The notes below the pieces were generated by a model, which saw only the letters and a list, made by a program, of their open reading frames with translations, did not search any database and was not told the DNA's origin. Of a stretch of 64,000 bases of DNA, positions 63,692 to 64,000 are shown piece after piece (positions within the stretch are counted from its first letter, which is position 1; the number at the start of each line of letters is the position of its first letter). Made by a program: the position numbers and the translations under genes. Source of the DNA: Octopus vulgaris (lineage: Eukaryota); NCBI GenBank assembly GCA_951406725.2, contig OX597814.1:174840001-174904000 (forward strand), written 5' to 3'.

Positions 63692-64000
63692 CCGTAAATC
63701 CTCGAGTATAACCCACCCTTGAGTATAATACGCAGGGGATTTTTAGGGTCTGTACCTCTGAAAAACCTAAACCTTGTGTATAATACACACCCTTCTCTAA
63801 CTTGAGTTGTACATAATTAAGCCAGCAGCATCTAGTCGAACAAACACTTCTGCGCATGCGAATTACAGTAATGGTGATGTTCTTAACTGTTATATGGGAA
63901 TGTAAATATGTTTGCAAATTGTTTTTGTTACACGTGTTCTGAATACTTTTATTTTAATAAATGTTGCTTACTGCAAGTTATGGATGATTCTTTTATGACT
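63692..64000. mobile_element. One end of a pogo/Tc2-like DNA transposon
   Basis: TA|CCGTAAATCCTCGAGTATAA terminus with subterminal gtataa(t)ac repeats; the other end is outside the window. Confidence 0.55.

Overview
AT-rich eukaryotic genomic DNA, dense in microsatellites, tRNA-derived and (GAT)n-tailed SINEs, LINE fragments, mariner relics, TTAA MITEs and non-autonomous Helitrons. The repeat repertoire resembles an octopus (coleoid cephalopod) genome; this is inferred and was not checked by database search. Nearly all ORFs in the supplied track are spurious. Two spliced + strand genes are supported. (1) The 3' end of an unidentified gene (about 103-38075) has a cluster of phase-2 cassette, micro and alternative terminal exons that would give several different C-termini. 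(2) The first four coding exons of an ENTR1/SDCCAG3 homolog lie at 51957-61467, and the gene continues beyond the window. The most unusual signals are minimal type I hammerhead-ribozyme motifs of the Penelope/retrozyme kind. One carries a reciprocal G3:C8 core swap and sits in the sense strand of an ENTR1 intron (59467-59517). Another has a canonical core and is framed by 173-bp perfect inverted repeats (49082-49747). Two further copies are decayed. All calls come from manual reading; no searches or folding programs were run.
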